From contig CM059432.1 of assembly GCA_030390025.1 (NCBI GenBank), positions 128,404,001-128,468,000 of the forward strand: 64,000 bases of DNA, written 5' to 3'. The stretch is from Squalus acanthias. Lineage: Eukaryota. The notes beneath the pieces are model-generated. The model searched no databases. It was not told the origin of the DNA and worked only from the letters and a program-made list of their open reading frames with translations. Every line of letters begins with the position of its first letter. The first letter of the stretch is position 1. Of the stretch, positions 50,583-61,724 are shown piece after piece. A program made the position numbers and the translations under genes.

Positions 50583-51336
50583 GGCCCAGAAATTGCAGTG
50601 TGAGGGTTCGTGCGAGGGTAAGCCCTTCCCGCGATGTCTCACTGCGCGTTGGCTTTTTCAGTCCCAGCTCGCTGGAACTTCATGTTCCAGCCATCAGCTG
50701 CGAGTGCATCGTGATCCCACAGTGCGAAGTTAGTTCGAGCGTACTGTGGGATCACGTGACTGAGTTACAGCCAATGGCAGCACACCAAGCTCTCATTCAT
50801 AGAATTCACAGCGGCCATTGAACTGCTGTGAAAACTAGGAATACAACAAGCCCCCAAAAGAAGAGCTAAACCTCCATTAAATTAAAAAAAAAACCCATCA
50901 CATAATTAAAATAAGTGTAATTAAATAAATTAACCTTTTTAAACAAAAAAATAAATTTTTGAAAAATTTTTAAATCTTTTAAAATGTTATAAAAATAAAC
51001 TTACCTGTCTTTAAAGTCGCTACTAAAGATTTACCTGTAAAAAAAAATTCTAAATACTACTTAATTATGTACTTACCTGGTTAAAAGAGTCTCCTGCGCT
51101 TCCTTTTTTCTTTTCCAGATTCTTCAATACTTACCTGCGTGCGCAAGCGATGAAGTGCACTGCGTGCGCGCAGCCTGTAGCGCGCACGCGGTGCACTGAG
51201 GACCCGCCCCCTTTTCGAAAGATCAATTGCCGGTTTTCAGTGCATGCGCAGTGCATGCTGAAAACCGGCAATTGAAGTCTGGCTGCGTGAGTGTACACTG
51301 TGCGTACTCTCGCGCAGCCGGATCAATTTCTGGGCC
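50583..51336. mobile_element. PIF/Harbinger-like MITE inserted in the Penelope 3' region
   Basis: TIR ggcccagaaattg / caatttctgggcc; colinear with 6481-7224. Confidence 0.9.
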
Positions 51337-51453
51337 ATTATCTTTCCTGCCTCTTACCTAAGCACAGTATTTTCCTTCAATTCCTTCCTCCTCTCCCACC
51401 CCCCTCCCTGTCTCTGCACCTGCTTAATATCTGTTACATCTCCAGCTTTTTCC

Positions 51454-51490
51454 AGTTCTGATGAAGGGTCCCAGACCTGAAACATTAACT
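51454..51490 (+). ncRNA. Hammerhead ribozyme motif with a helix III mutation
   Basis: agtt-CTGATGA-agggtcccagacct-GAAACATT-aact (ACGT>ACAT). Confidence 0.65.
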
Positions 51491-52841
51491 CTGTTTCAGA
51501 TTTCCAGCATCTGCAGTATTTTGCTATTGTATGACTGTATTCAAGGTGTTGCACAACTATGAAAAAAGAATGGTTGACTTAATGTAGCAGACTTAGGCAA
51601 AAAAGATGTAGGGTCACTTTGATTACTGGGAGCTCAGTGCAATTGAACAAAACAGGCTTACAAGGGGAAAAGCCAACACTTAATCAGCAATTTACTGGCT
51701 TGGAAAATAAGGAAAGTTGTCTGAATAAAACTTGCTTATGCTGACTATTCAGTGGAATAATCTGTTTACAATCCTTACAGCATTTCTCCACTGATGGTCT
51801 ATAAATATATTTATTCACATTAAGTTTTGCAGTAATACTACTCATCTCAAAGGTATTTGATCTTTAATTTAGTCAACTGTTTAAGATTAGGAATTTAGGT
51901 CACCGAGAGGTTGAAAGTTGGTGGTGGTGATGGGGTGCGGCGGGAGAAATGGATAATTTTGTATTTGATTCATTGTGGTGGATAATATTGTTACTCGCTC
52001 TGAGGAGTGCATGGAACTGCTCACGAGTTGGTCCTGCACTTGAGTCTGTCCTGAACTATGCATTGTCACTGTATATTAAATCAAATTATCTGCTCTTTGG
52101 GGAGTCGCAGTAACTGATGGGCATCTTGTGCATGGGTCATAGAATGTTTTTTAGATTCATGGCTGGAATGTGGAGGGGGAATTTATGTTGTACGTCACAA
52201 TATGCATGAATATGTAAGGTAAATTGTGGGAAAGCAGTTTATCAAATATGTAGCTTCCAAAAGGCTGATGATAATGGTACTTTTTGAGGAAAGGTCGCTT
52301 GTGGAAATGTGTATCTTTTGGAGTGCAGATGGTTAGACATGAGAAACTTAGTGCTGCAGCTAAGCTCCATTTTATGCAAATGATTAAAATTTGTATAAAA
52401 TGCCAAATTGTTGTTGCTCTCACTTTTGGCACTGGGTCAGTTTTTATTTATTGTAATAAAAACATGCAGAAATAATGAACATTATTGATGCTGCATAAAT
52501 CTGTTTGTTGGTTGCCATGCAATGTTAAAATATTTTTTAGAAGGAAAATATGATGTTTCCCTACCTTGGGACTTTTAGTAACTTGTATGACATTGTTTCT
52601 GACTAGGAATTCTGAATTCACCTGAGACTTAACTTGGTGTGAAGTATTCTTTCAGCCCATTGCGTTCTTCCCCTTCTTTCTTGTTTCATGAAATACAAGT
52701 CAAAAAATAATTTGTATTGTGTGTCTGGCTTCTTAAAATTGTCAAAAAGGAACTACATTATTAACTTCATTGGTTAGTTTCTTTGTACTTGAAGCATTCT
52801 GTTCTCTTCTGTCACAACACTAACTTCCCAATTCCATTCTA

Positions 52842-53266
52842 CAGGAAACTTTCGTTTATCCGGCACCCAAATATCCGGAATTCTCGCTTAACCGGCAAAA
52901 ATCATCCTCCGAAAACTCCTCTCAAATAACCGGCAATGTTGCCGAGTCGCAGTCGAGTCTCTGCGAACGCCGAGTGCTCCGAAAACTCCTGTCAAATAAC
53001 CGGCAATGTTGCCGATCCCGAGTCTGAGTCCGAGTCCGCGAACGCCGATTTAGTCAGCAGGGGTACTTTTCAAAAGTGCCACTACTCGGCCTCCTGGCGC
53101 TGTCGGAAGTCCGAAACACTGCAGTAGCGGGAGTTGATTCTCCCGCGCTGCCTGGAGTCTCTTTGTTAAAAATAGCCTCGGTAGATATAACTCTCCGTTA
53201 TCCGGTACTTTCGATAAACCGGCACCACGCCGGTCCCGTCGATGCCGGATAAACGAAAGTTTCCTG
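52842..53266. mobile_element. Tc1/mariner pogo/Tigger-type MITE
   Basis: Perfect 24-bp TIR CAGGAAACTTTCGTTTATCCGGCA; TA TSD; ~35-bp internal direct repeat at 52911 and 52981. Confidence 0.95.
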
Positions 53267-53519
53267 TATTTGTTTTAAATAAATCCATATCTTTGAGATC
53301 TTAAGTTTTATTTTTTCTGTAATATGATTGTTCTTTACTATTCATCTGGCAGCATATCAGTTGTAGTGTATTTTAAATGTTGCGTAAATTTTTCCCATTA
53401 CACTTTGGAAGCCATGCCATTTTTGAATTAAGTGGTACTTCGTACTCTAGGGTGTGTTTCATATTTGCTACCACAAATACTTTTGAGTTTATAGTCGTAG
53501 AAGTTAATCACTGAGTGAT

Positions 53520-53680
53520 TCAGGGGTACAAATGTGTAAAACTGATGGACAGGAGAAGACCAGCTGCTCCATTGAGCCTGTCTCATACAGTCATATTGCA
53601 GCCAAGCACCATGACCCCCCCCGTGTGCTCCACCCACCTTGTAATCTCCTGGAGAGGCAAAAAAATCCCTTGCCCAATCC
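53520..53680 (-). mobile_element. Old CR1-type 3' tail
   Basis: gatggacaggagaagaccagctgctccattgagcctg...gtaatctcctggagaggcaaaaaa; reverse complement resembles 60190-60345. Confidence 0.55.
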
Positions 53681-54964
53681 AGGGAAGAAACCATTCTGGG
53701 AAATTACTCAGCGACCACAAAGACGATCCAAACTACTAGGAGACCAGCGTGACCATGGACAAATCACCCAACATCCCATCGGAAATTGGGGAAACTTGAT
53801 TTCAAGTTCTGATATACTGCTCCAAAATCTGCTGGAATCCCCATAATCTGTTTTTTGATCTTCGTTTGTGCCTGAATTTATAGGGTGAGAGCTTAGATTG
53901 GTGCAGTAAACAGGACTAGAACATTGTTCTTTTGGCCTCAAGGAAAGCCAGTTGCCCTCCAGATTGAGGTTGAGTACTGTAGTTGCAGATTGAACTTGTA
54001 ATGCCAAAGCAGATCAATCCTTGGGACGACAAGGGAATTAGAAATAATAAATCTATTTCCCAAAAACAATATTTATCTGCAGATTTCTGATGTCTTGGGA
54101 GCATATTGTGTAAGTTGAGTTGCTAATTCAACCATATTATATGGTGCCAGATTTTTCATTGTATAGTGTCAGCTTTGTTAGCTCTACAAGAGTCGTCATT
54201 CTGAGAATTGGCTTTGTTGGTGCGCCTAACTCTTAAAGCACCTGGAGCAAAATACCATTTGCGAAACAGTATCTGCTTATGTTAAATCCTCTGTAATGCT
54301 GTCTTTAAGAGCTAAAGTCTGCTATGCTGAGAGGGGCATGTTATGGCCCTTTCATACTGAAGGGTTGTGTCTGAAGGCGAGTGCATGAAGGCAACCTTGT
54401 GGCAGAAAGATTCCAGCTCTGGTCCAACTCGAGCCACCAAAACCCTCCTGCATCAGAGTTTTTCCCGGTGCCTCCAACTAAGTATTGCTAGTAGTGGCAA
54501 AGCTGAATAACGACACTTTTTCTGTGATTGGCCAGCACAGACCTTCCTGGATATTGGAGAAGCGCTCCGCCATGCTGTTAGAATTGCCAATGCACCTTCG
54601 AATTAGTTGCACATGCATAGTTGCTTTAAAAATGTTTTGCAACTTCTGAGCAACTGTGCATGTCCAAATCTTGTGCAAACGTGGTACTCCGGTTGTTGCC
54701 AAATATCTGATATCGAAGAACAGTAAATGGGTGTTCAACTCTGATTCTAAAGACAACCTTTGGTTGGGCAAGCATCACAGCATGCAGAATGTCTAATTGT
54801 GTGGCTTAGACCAATTAAGCGTAGAGAGCAGTAAGTTAAACAGTGTTGAAATCTGATTTAGTGTGCTCAGCAAAAGAATGTGGCAGCAGCCAAGCACAGT
54901 ACTTCTAGCCTGTCCATTAATGGGTTGAGCAGTTGATACTTTAAGAAAACAAGTGGTGAAATCA

Positions 54965-55490
54965 TATAAATTTAAGCACTGTAGGAGGCCATTTTAGCTT
55001 CTTGTGCCTGTCCCATTGTGCCTGCTAGCTTTGCACCAGAGCTAACAACTGTAGACCTAATTTTCTGCTCTTTTCCTGTAACCTCCTAATATTTTTCTTC
55101 AAGTGTTTATCTAACTCTCAATTTTTTTAAAAGTGTTTGTAATTACTTCAATAGCCACTTGTGGTAATGTATTAAGTCTCCGCATGGAAGCTTTTTTCTC
55201 ATCGCCCCCTTTGTGCTTCTAAGACTATTAAGTTTGTGTTTCCTTGTTACTGTTTCACTGACCAATGGAGATCTTTTACTCCCTCTCAAATCCGTTCATA
55301 ATTTTGACCCTTTCTATTATAGCTCCCAAATAACCTTCTCTGCTTCAAAGAATAAGTCCTAATTTTTCAAGTCTCCCTTCATAACTGTACTGCTTCTTTC
55401 CTGGCATAATCCTAGTGAATCTATGTTGCATCTTTCCATGGCTCCGATGTCCTTTCTATTGACTGGCCAAATCTGCATACAGTGCTCCAA
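54965..55490 (-). mobile_element. Old CR1 3' fragment
   Basis: gtaggaggccattttagc tail and a decayed C-terminal ORF2. Confidence 0.65.
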
Positions 55491-56274
55491 ATATAAATGT
55501 TGCATATTGTTTTAGTCTGACATCTTGTGCACTTCCAATTGCAAAATTCCAAAAATATATCTCTCATTCTCAAAACAACACACACTCAGTGACAGCTAAT
55601 TAATGTCACATGATTAATTCCTTTCACCATTCTTAAATGTTACTTTATTAATTCCTGAGTCTTACAATTTTTTGTGTGTGCCTGAAATCAAACATTTTAA
55701 ACATTTTGACATTGCAGTTTCAGTCTTGATTCAGTACTTCCTACTTTCTATCAGTTGGTTTCTGCATCACATCAGCCACTTCATGTTACTTCCGTTGTCT
55801 ACAGGGCTCAGAAGACTGAGATCAGCATATGCCATTTTTATTTATAGTCCTTGTGATTCCAGTATCAACAATGCCTTAATTTACAATAATGCACCTATTT
55901 CTCAGTCTCTTTCATTCTATCACCCTCTTGGTAGTAATCTTTGTGGCTTTATTGAGAACTTCTTATGACCCCGTATTTCATGGCTGAACCCAGTCATTTC
56001 CCTTTTTCTTTGTTCTCGTTTGGTTTTTCAGTTTTGTTAATACTTTTACAGTAACAATGTCAACTCGTCGCCTTGTTCCCAGTATGTTTCAACTATTTTT
56101 CAAAGGAGTTTAATTATTTTTTGTGACTAAACTTAGTCTACTGAAAAATAATTTGAATCAAACAGTTAGAATAAAAGAATAGCAAAATACTGCGGATGCT
56201 GGAAATCTGAAATAACAACAGAAAACGCTGGAAAAACTCAGCAGGCCAGGCAGCATCCGTGGAGAGAGAAACAG

Positions 56275-56311
56275 AGTTAACGTTTCAGGTCTGGGACCCT
56301 TCATCAGAACT
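56275..56311 (-). ncRNA. Minimal hammerhead ribozyme
   Basis: Intact agtt-CTGATGA-agggtcccagacct-GAAACGTT-aact. Confidence 0.82.
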
Positions 56312-56326
56312 GGTAAAACTTTTTCC

Positions 56327-56363
56327 AGTTCTGATGAAGGGTCCCAGACCTGAAACGTTAACT
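56327..56363 (+). ncRNA. Minimal hammerhead ribozyme
   Basis: Intact agtt-CTGATGA-agggtcccagacct-GAAACGTT-aact. Confidence 0.82.
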
Positions 56364-57090
56364 CTGTTTCTCTCTCCACGGATGCTGCCTGGCCTGCTGA
56401 GTTAGAATAAAAGAACTGACAACTTGTTGCGCAATTCAAATTAAGTGAGTTTGAATGAGCAAGAGTAGACTGTAGCTCCATGCATTAGTTCAGCTTTTAC
56501 ACCATCATTCTACAGTCTCATGTTAGTATGGCATTCAAAGTTCTGATTCCTTCAAGTTATCTAAATCATTGAAGCCCCTTCTGCTGTTCTAACTCTAGTG
56601 TGGATTTTTCATGTTGTCTTCTGTGACAACATTGCTGAAATTTTTAAATTCATCGACTTCCCAATATCTTTCTACAGTGAAACCTACATCAACAGACACT
56701 CGTGAAAAATGGACACCTACAAAAAACATTTATTGAGAGATCCAAATAAGTTACATGGTTAAAATATACAAGAGGCACTCTGATACCACAAACACTTGCA
56801 AATTACAAACTACGGACAGCCTTCAATGCACCGAGCCCATTTACAACTTAAAACGCAGCCTGTTGTAAAGCTGCTGTATCTGGAACGCTCACCGAGTCGG
56901 GATCACTGGTGCTTTTCCTTGCAGCTTGCTTCCTTTCTGCCCCCAAATTCTCTTGGGCCCGTCACTTTTGTGAGGTCACTGTATGCAGGCCAACGCGTTT
57001 TGTGAAAGAAACAGCTTTTGTGGAATGGAGCTCTTTACCCAGCATCCAAAGCGGCAGAGAAACCGCTCTCTGGGATTGAATGCTTGCACG

Positions 57091-58783
57091 TCTGTGTTCG
57101 TCTGGTCTTGTCACCAGGATAGAACTTGCGGTTGCTCGTTAGTGTTGATAAACCTGAGAGTCTTGCGGCATTGGATGATTATTGAAAGCTTCAGTAGCAG
57201 ACCTTCACGCCAGACAGTGTCTTATGCCGAAGACAAGTCTGCGGAGGCAGCTCCAGTCTTCAGTTGTTTCTGGAACCCTGCCTCAATGTTGGTAGTGAGT
57301 GCAAGGACCTGGTCAGAGCAGCTTCTTCCCTCTCTGAAACCCACCTGCTTATTTGGGAGGGCGGCTTCTAATGCCAGTTTTATCCGGTTAAGATGAGCCA
57401 TTCGACCACCTTGTAGACCGTAAACAGAAGGGCGATGGGGCGGTAGCTTTTGGGATTGTTGGCTGGTTTTCCTGGCTTTAGGATGGCAATGACTTTGGAA
57501 TGGCGCCAAACTTCTGGGATTATCCCAGTATCAAGGATGTTGGAGGCGAGTTTGGCAAGCCACATCCGTCCACTTGGGCCCTGGTTCTTATTCTGGGTAG
57601 ATGCTATTGATCCCGGCGGCCTTCCCAGACTTAGTGGCTGTCAACGCTGTATCCACCTCTTCAGTGGTGAAGGTGAAGGACGCTCAACAATGGTCTGCCA
57701 CAGGGCACCGGCCTTTTTCAACATCTAGATGGTGGACATGCCCTGCACCAAATCCCGGAAGTTCGCATATGCCGATGACATAGCACTGCTGACACAGGCA
57801 TCAATGCTAGAGGAAGCAAGTAGGACGCTAACAAGCGACCTGGACTACTGTAATGCTACTTCCAGACCTGGCGCCTCCACCCCAATCCAGAGAAGACAGC
57901 TGTGTCGGCGTTACATCTGAACAACAACAACAACGCCACTGGGAAAGAACTCAATGTTTCATTCTGCGGAAGGCGATTTACCCATGAACCCCACCCAAAA
58001 TACCTGGTCGTCACCCTGGACAGGACTCTCACCTATCGCCCTCATCTCACCAACACTGGCCAAAAAGTAAAAACCAGGGTGAACCTGGCCCAGAAACTTG
58101 CTGGGACGTCATGAGGGAGCACAGCCAGAACACTTCGCATCGCAACGGTGGCCTAGTCTATTCTGCTGCAGAATCCTGCTCTGCCTCATGGTGCTGCAGC
58201 CTCCACACACAGATCGTGGACGTGCAGGTAAATGCCGCCATGAGGACGGTGTCAGGCACGCTCAAATCCGCTCCAACTGAATGTCTCCCAGTGGTGTCCC
58301 ACATTGCCCCGTCTGCCATTCGCCACGACGCCACCGTGCTCTGAGATGGAAAAAATGAACAACACCGACCTTCCCATTCATGAACACTTGAAAAACCCAC
58401 CACGAAAGCGCTTAAAATGGCGTCGGCCATTCTGGGAAACAGCAGCCAATATTCACGCAGCTGGTATCGACCCATTAGATGGATGGAATGGTGGGACACA
58501 TGCAACATAAAGAACCAACAGCAGAGGTCCCTGGCTTCGACCTCCCTCGAAGACGGTTGTCAGCGCTCAACTGAATCCGCACAGGACATGGGCGATGCGG
58601 CCACCTACTCCACAAATGGAAGATGAGGGACGACCCGAAGTGCGACTGTGGCCATGAGTCCCAGACCGCGGAACAGATCACATCACCCTGCCAATAAGAT
58701 TTGTTGCGGGAGGCATCTCATTTCTTCACTCGGCATCTCAGGAGGTCATCGAATGGATAGTCAACCTAGACCTCCCATTATAA
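57091..58783 (+). mobile_element. Vingi/Ingi-like (I-group) LINE, 5'-truncated with 5' inversion
   Basis: Plus part from ~57676: NNGLPQG, FAYADDIA, PKYL.VTLDRTL, C-terminal CDCG; inverted part ~57095-57675: KPGKP..SYRPIAL, GFREGRSC; 9-bp TSD GCTTGCACG (57082-57090, 58784-58792). Confidence 0.85.
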
Positions 58784-58946
58784 GCTTGCACGGCTCTATC
58801 ATAGGGATAGAGCGGTTTCTCTGCCACTATGGATGCTGGGTAAAGAAATCCCCATTCAACAAAGGACGCGACTGCTGCCAACGAACCGGAAGCGGACTGC
58901 GCATGCACGCTGCCGGTTCGTCACGGATGTGAGGAAAAGTACAAGG

Positions 58947-59110
58947 AGGGAGCGGGCTATGAGGAAAAATGCCGGGAGGGAGCGGGCTGTGAGGGGAAAA
59001 TGCCGGGAGGGAGCGGGCTGTGAGGGGAAAATGCTGGGAGGGAGTGGGCTGTGAGGAAAAATGCGGGAGGGAGTGGGCTGTGAGGAAAAATGTTAAGAGG
59101 GAGCGGGCTA
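58947..59110. repeat. G-rich minisatellite, ~30-bp unit, ~5.5 copies
   Basis: Repeated gagggagcgggctgtgagg(g)aaaatgc. Confidence 0.85.
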
Positions 59111-60139
59111 CTTCAAAAATGCTCTGTGGGGAAAAAAAAGAAGCTTCCAGTTCCAGATTAATGCGCAGTACGCTTCTGCGCAGCTTCTGGTCGGTGGCAG
59201 GAGTCACTCCGTTCAACAAAAGTCATTTCTTTCACAAAACCTGTTGCTGCCTCGCACTGACCTGCGTGCACTGACCTCACCAGCCTCCCGAATTAAGGAA
59301 AGTGCATGCGAACAGCGAGAGGGGCCATCCTTTCCTGCCGCAGCGGTGCGTCCATACATTCTTTCAACCCCTGACCCTGCTATCGTCTTCTTCCCTTGAC
59401 TTTTGATCGTGGATCCGCTTCTTTGAGGAGCTTTGCCTTTGGGGAGTGAAGGTGGATGGCTGTCCTGGGCCTATCTGTCTTTCTGCTGCTCTATAGAGTG
59501 ATGGACAGGCCTGAGAGTCCCAATTGTCAGTCAGTCTTCCTGCAGACTCACTGCTCAACTAGAAAACTGCAGTTTCACTCCTACCCATAATGTGACCTGT
59601 TATGTTTTCCCTCCCAAATGTTCTCCATCCATTCTAAGACTTGCCTTTGGAAGCACAACCTGTCATCACATTGTCCTGAGTGCCTTAATGCTGATAACTA
59701 GAACTAAGAAACCCAATTCATTACTGAAGTTACACTCTGTTCCAAGTCAGAGTGGTTTGATATGAAACGGGAATTTAAACTGCAAAACTCTTAAGTGAAC
59801 AGAGCTAAATGCTGGTGTGTGGTAGGGGGATTCTTAGCATTGTTACAGCTGATTAGGTGCTGATAATCTCAGCTGGTTCTTCAAGATTGTTGGGAAAATG
59901 TTTACACCTGCAAAAAAAAAAGGGCAGCTGATGTCAGTCCCCAAGGTGTCCATAATTTACAGCTTTCACTGTACTTAATAAGTTACCTAGATTGCTTCCT
60001 ATAATTGCAACCTTAGTTTCAGTCACTGATCTAATGCTCCTTCCTGCCTCAACATTGCTCAGTTTATTTTTGTATAGATATATTTAGCACTATAACAATT
60101 CATTGGAATCTGAATTTCTCTTTTTTTAGATTTCAACAG

Positions 60140-60345
60140 AATCTTTTCATAGTATGACCTGAGGGTTATTATGGAAGATGGTATAAGCAGGGTTTTTCTC
60201 TCTCTTTGTCTCTCCCAGGAGATTACATGGCTGTGGTGGAGTGGTGGTGTTGTCTAGTTATGATGCTCCAGCCATCAGGATGTGTGGGGCAGGCTTGATG
60301 GACCAGCTGGTCTTTTCCTGCCCATCCATTTCGTATGTTTGTAGA
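60140..60345 (+). mobile_element. Old CR1-type 3' tail
   Basis: ggggcaggcttgatggaccagctggtcttttcctgcccatccatttcgtatg. Confidence 0.6.
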
Positions 60346-61349
60346 AATCTGTAGGACGTTGAAGGAAGTGCTTAACGCCAGATGAATCCCAGCTAAATCT
60401 AATCATTGCTTCTGTTAAGTCTTTATAGACTAGGTTGTGAGTAAGAATAATGGGGCAAAATTAAGGAGGGTATTGGAAGAGGGATTGGACTTCACAGATG
60501 ACGTAACCCTTCACAGAACTATCCTAATTTTGCTATGAATTTTCCTTTCCCTGTATCACTAATATGGAGAACTTAAATGATAAAGTTTGTATGATATACA
60601 AGAAAGTTTTCAGATATATGCGAGAGCTAATGTACATTTAGAAATCCCAAATGTTGCACTTTATCTTGGCTAGATGCTGTTGCATTAAAAAAAAATAAGT
60701 TCATTACCTTATTTTGATGTGCAGCAATATTTGGTTAATCAATAGAGTTTTGAGCCAGTTCTGGAAGGGCCTTTAATCAGACCAATGAGCACAAGTAATT
60801 TGTAACTGTACAGTGTATTGAAAGTAAGTCATTATAAAAAAGGCTGTGGTAACATGAGTTGTTTTGTTGTGGAAATGTTTTAATGTTTTAATGCCTTGAA
60901 ATGTAATGGCAGTTGATGAACAAATGACTTTCTTTCAGTTTTACTAATCCATATTCTATCCACTATAAAGTTTGCTAGTAGGTGAGCTGAGTGTGTGCCC
61001 TAATGTGCAATCATGGGATCTTTTACATGGGGTTCCACAGTCACAAGTGGTTTGTTTTGCTCTGTCATGCAGTTCAAAAAAATAAATCACCTGGAATTCA
61101 GCTGGCTGGTTTGTGCATCCGTTTGAGGTCTCAGGAGGCCTCTAAATGTTGACGGTCAGCTAGACATTTTCTGTATGCATTGGATCTCTGATTGATTGTA
61201 TGAGAATTGCTGGTTCGGAAAATGCATTTGGTGTGTGGTGGAACTCCTCCAAACATGATAGCTCGGATGCATGTTGTGCTATTTCTGGAGTGGTGGGGTG
61301 GGGCATAAACAGTTGATCTTTGAATGTGGACAACATTGGTAACGGTATT

Positions 61350-61573
61350 AAGAGTCCACCACACAGTGTGGAACTGGAGTCACACATAGTCTAGACCAGG
61401 GATGGTAGGTTCCCTTCACTGAAGGACATTGATGAGTCAGTTTTTTTTTAACAACAATCCAGCAGCTTTTATGGTCCAGATTTCTTGAATTCAATTTTAC
61501 AACTTGCCAAGGTAGGATTTGAATTCACAATCTCTGGATTGCTAGTCCAGTACTATAACCACTATGTTACCAT
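61350..61573 (-). mobile_element. tRNA-derived SINE
   Basis: Homologous to 22531-22803; box A at 61559-61572, decayed box B at ~61515-61526. Confidence 0.75.
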
Positions 61574-61724
61574 CTGGATAAATTTGTGATTTAGTTAGTT
61601 TTTTGGTAGAATATTACGAGAAAATTGAAACTAGTGAGAGAGATTTTTATAACGTGATTGGAGAATATTGAAAGTATCATGGATGTAGAAATATTCTACC
61701 AAAAAACTACCCAATCACATCCAG
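61574..61724. repeat. Fold-back (MITE-like) element
   Basis: Perfect 20-bp inverted repeat at 61596-61615 / 61690-61709, extending imperfectly to ctggat / atccag. Confidence 0.7.

Larger units (their letters stand above)
49529..51529 (+). mobile_element. Penelope-like element with inverted 5' part and two pLTRs
   Basis: GIY-YIG (LVYCIRFSRCGLLYIGETK) at 50149-50525 (+); inverted ORF piece ~49719-50148; 18-bp TSD TAT(T/G)ACTGTATTCAAGGT (49511-49528, 51530-51547). Confidence 0.92.
56180..56403. mobile_element. Minimal palindromic Penelope pLTR element
   Basis: Perfect 79-bp inverted repeat (56235-56313 / 56325-56403); 16-bp TSD AGTTAGAATAAAAGAA (56164-56179, 56400-56415). Confidence 0.92.
56675..59580. 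mobile_element. Probable pogo/Tigger-like non-autonomous element hosting the Vingi-like insertion
   Basis: Left end TA|CAGTGAAACC..ggacacc; CpG-rich palindromic interior; right end only weakly matching (cagtttcactc). Confidence 0.4.

Noticed and set aside
51127..51137. U1 snRNA gene or pseudogene
   Set aside because: Only 11 nt match, with no U1 body; better read as an antisense 5' splice site
54478..54771. 97-aa minus-strand ORF as a host exon
   Set aside because: No motif or convincing splice sites; chance-length ORF
58947..59110. CRISPR-like array
   Set aside because: Head-to-tail minisatellite without unique spacers; eukaryotic context
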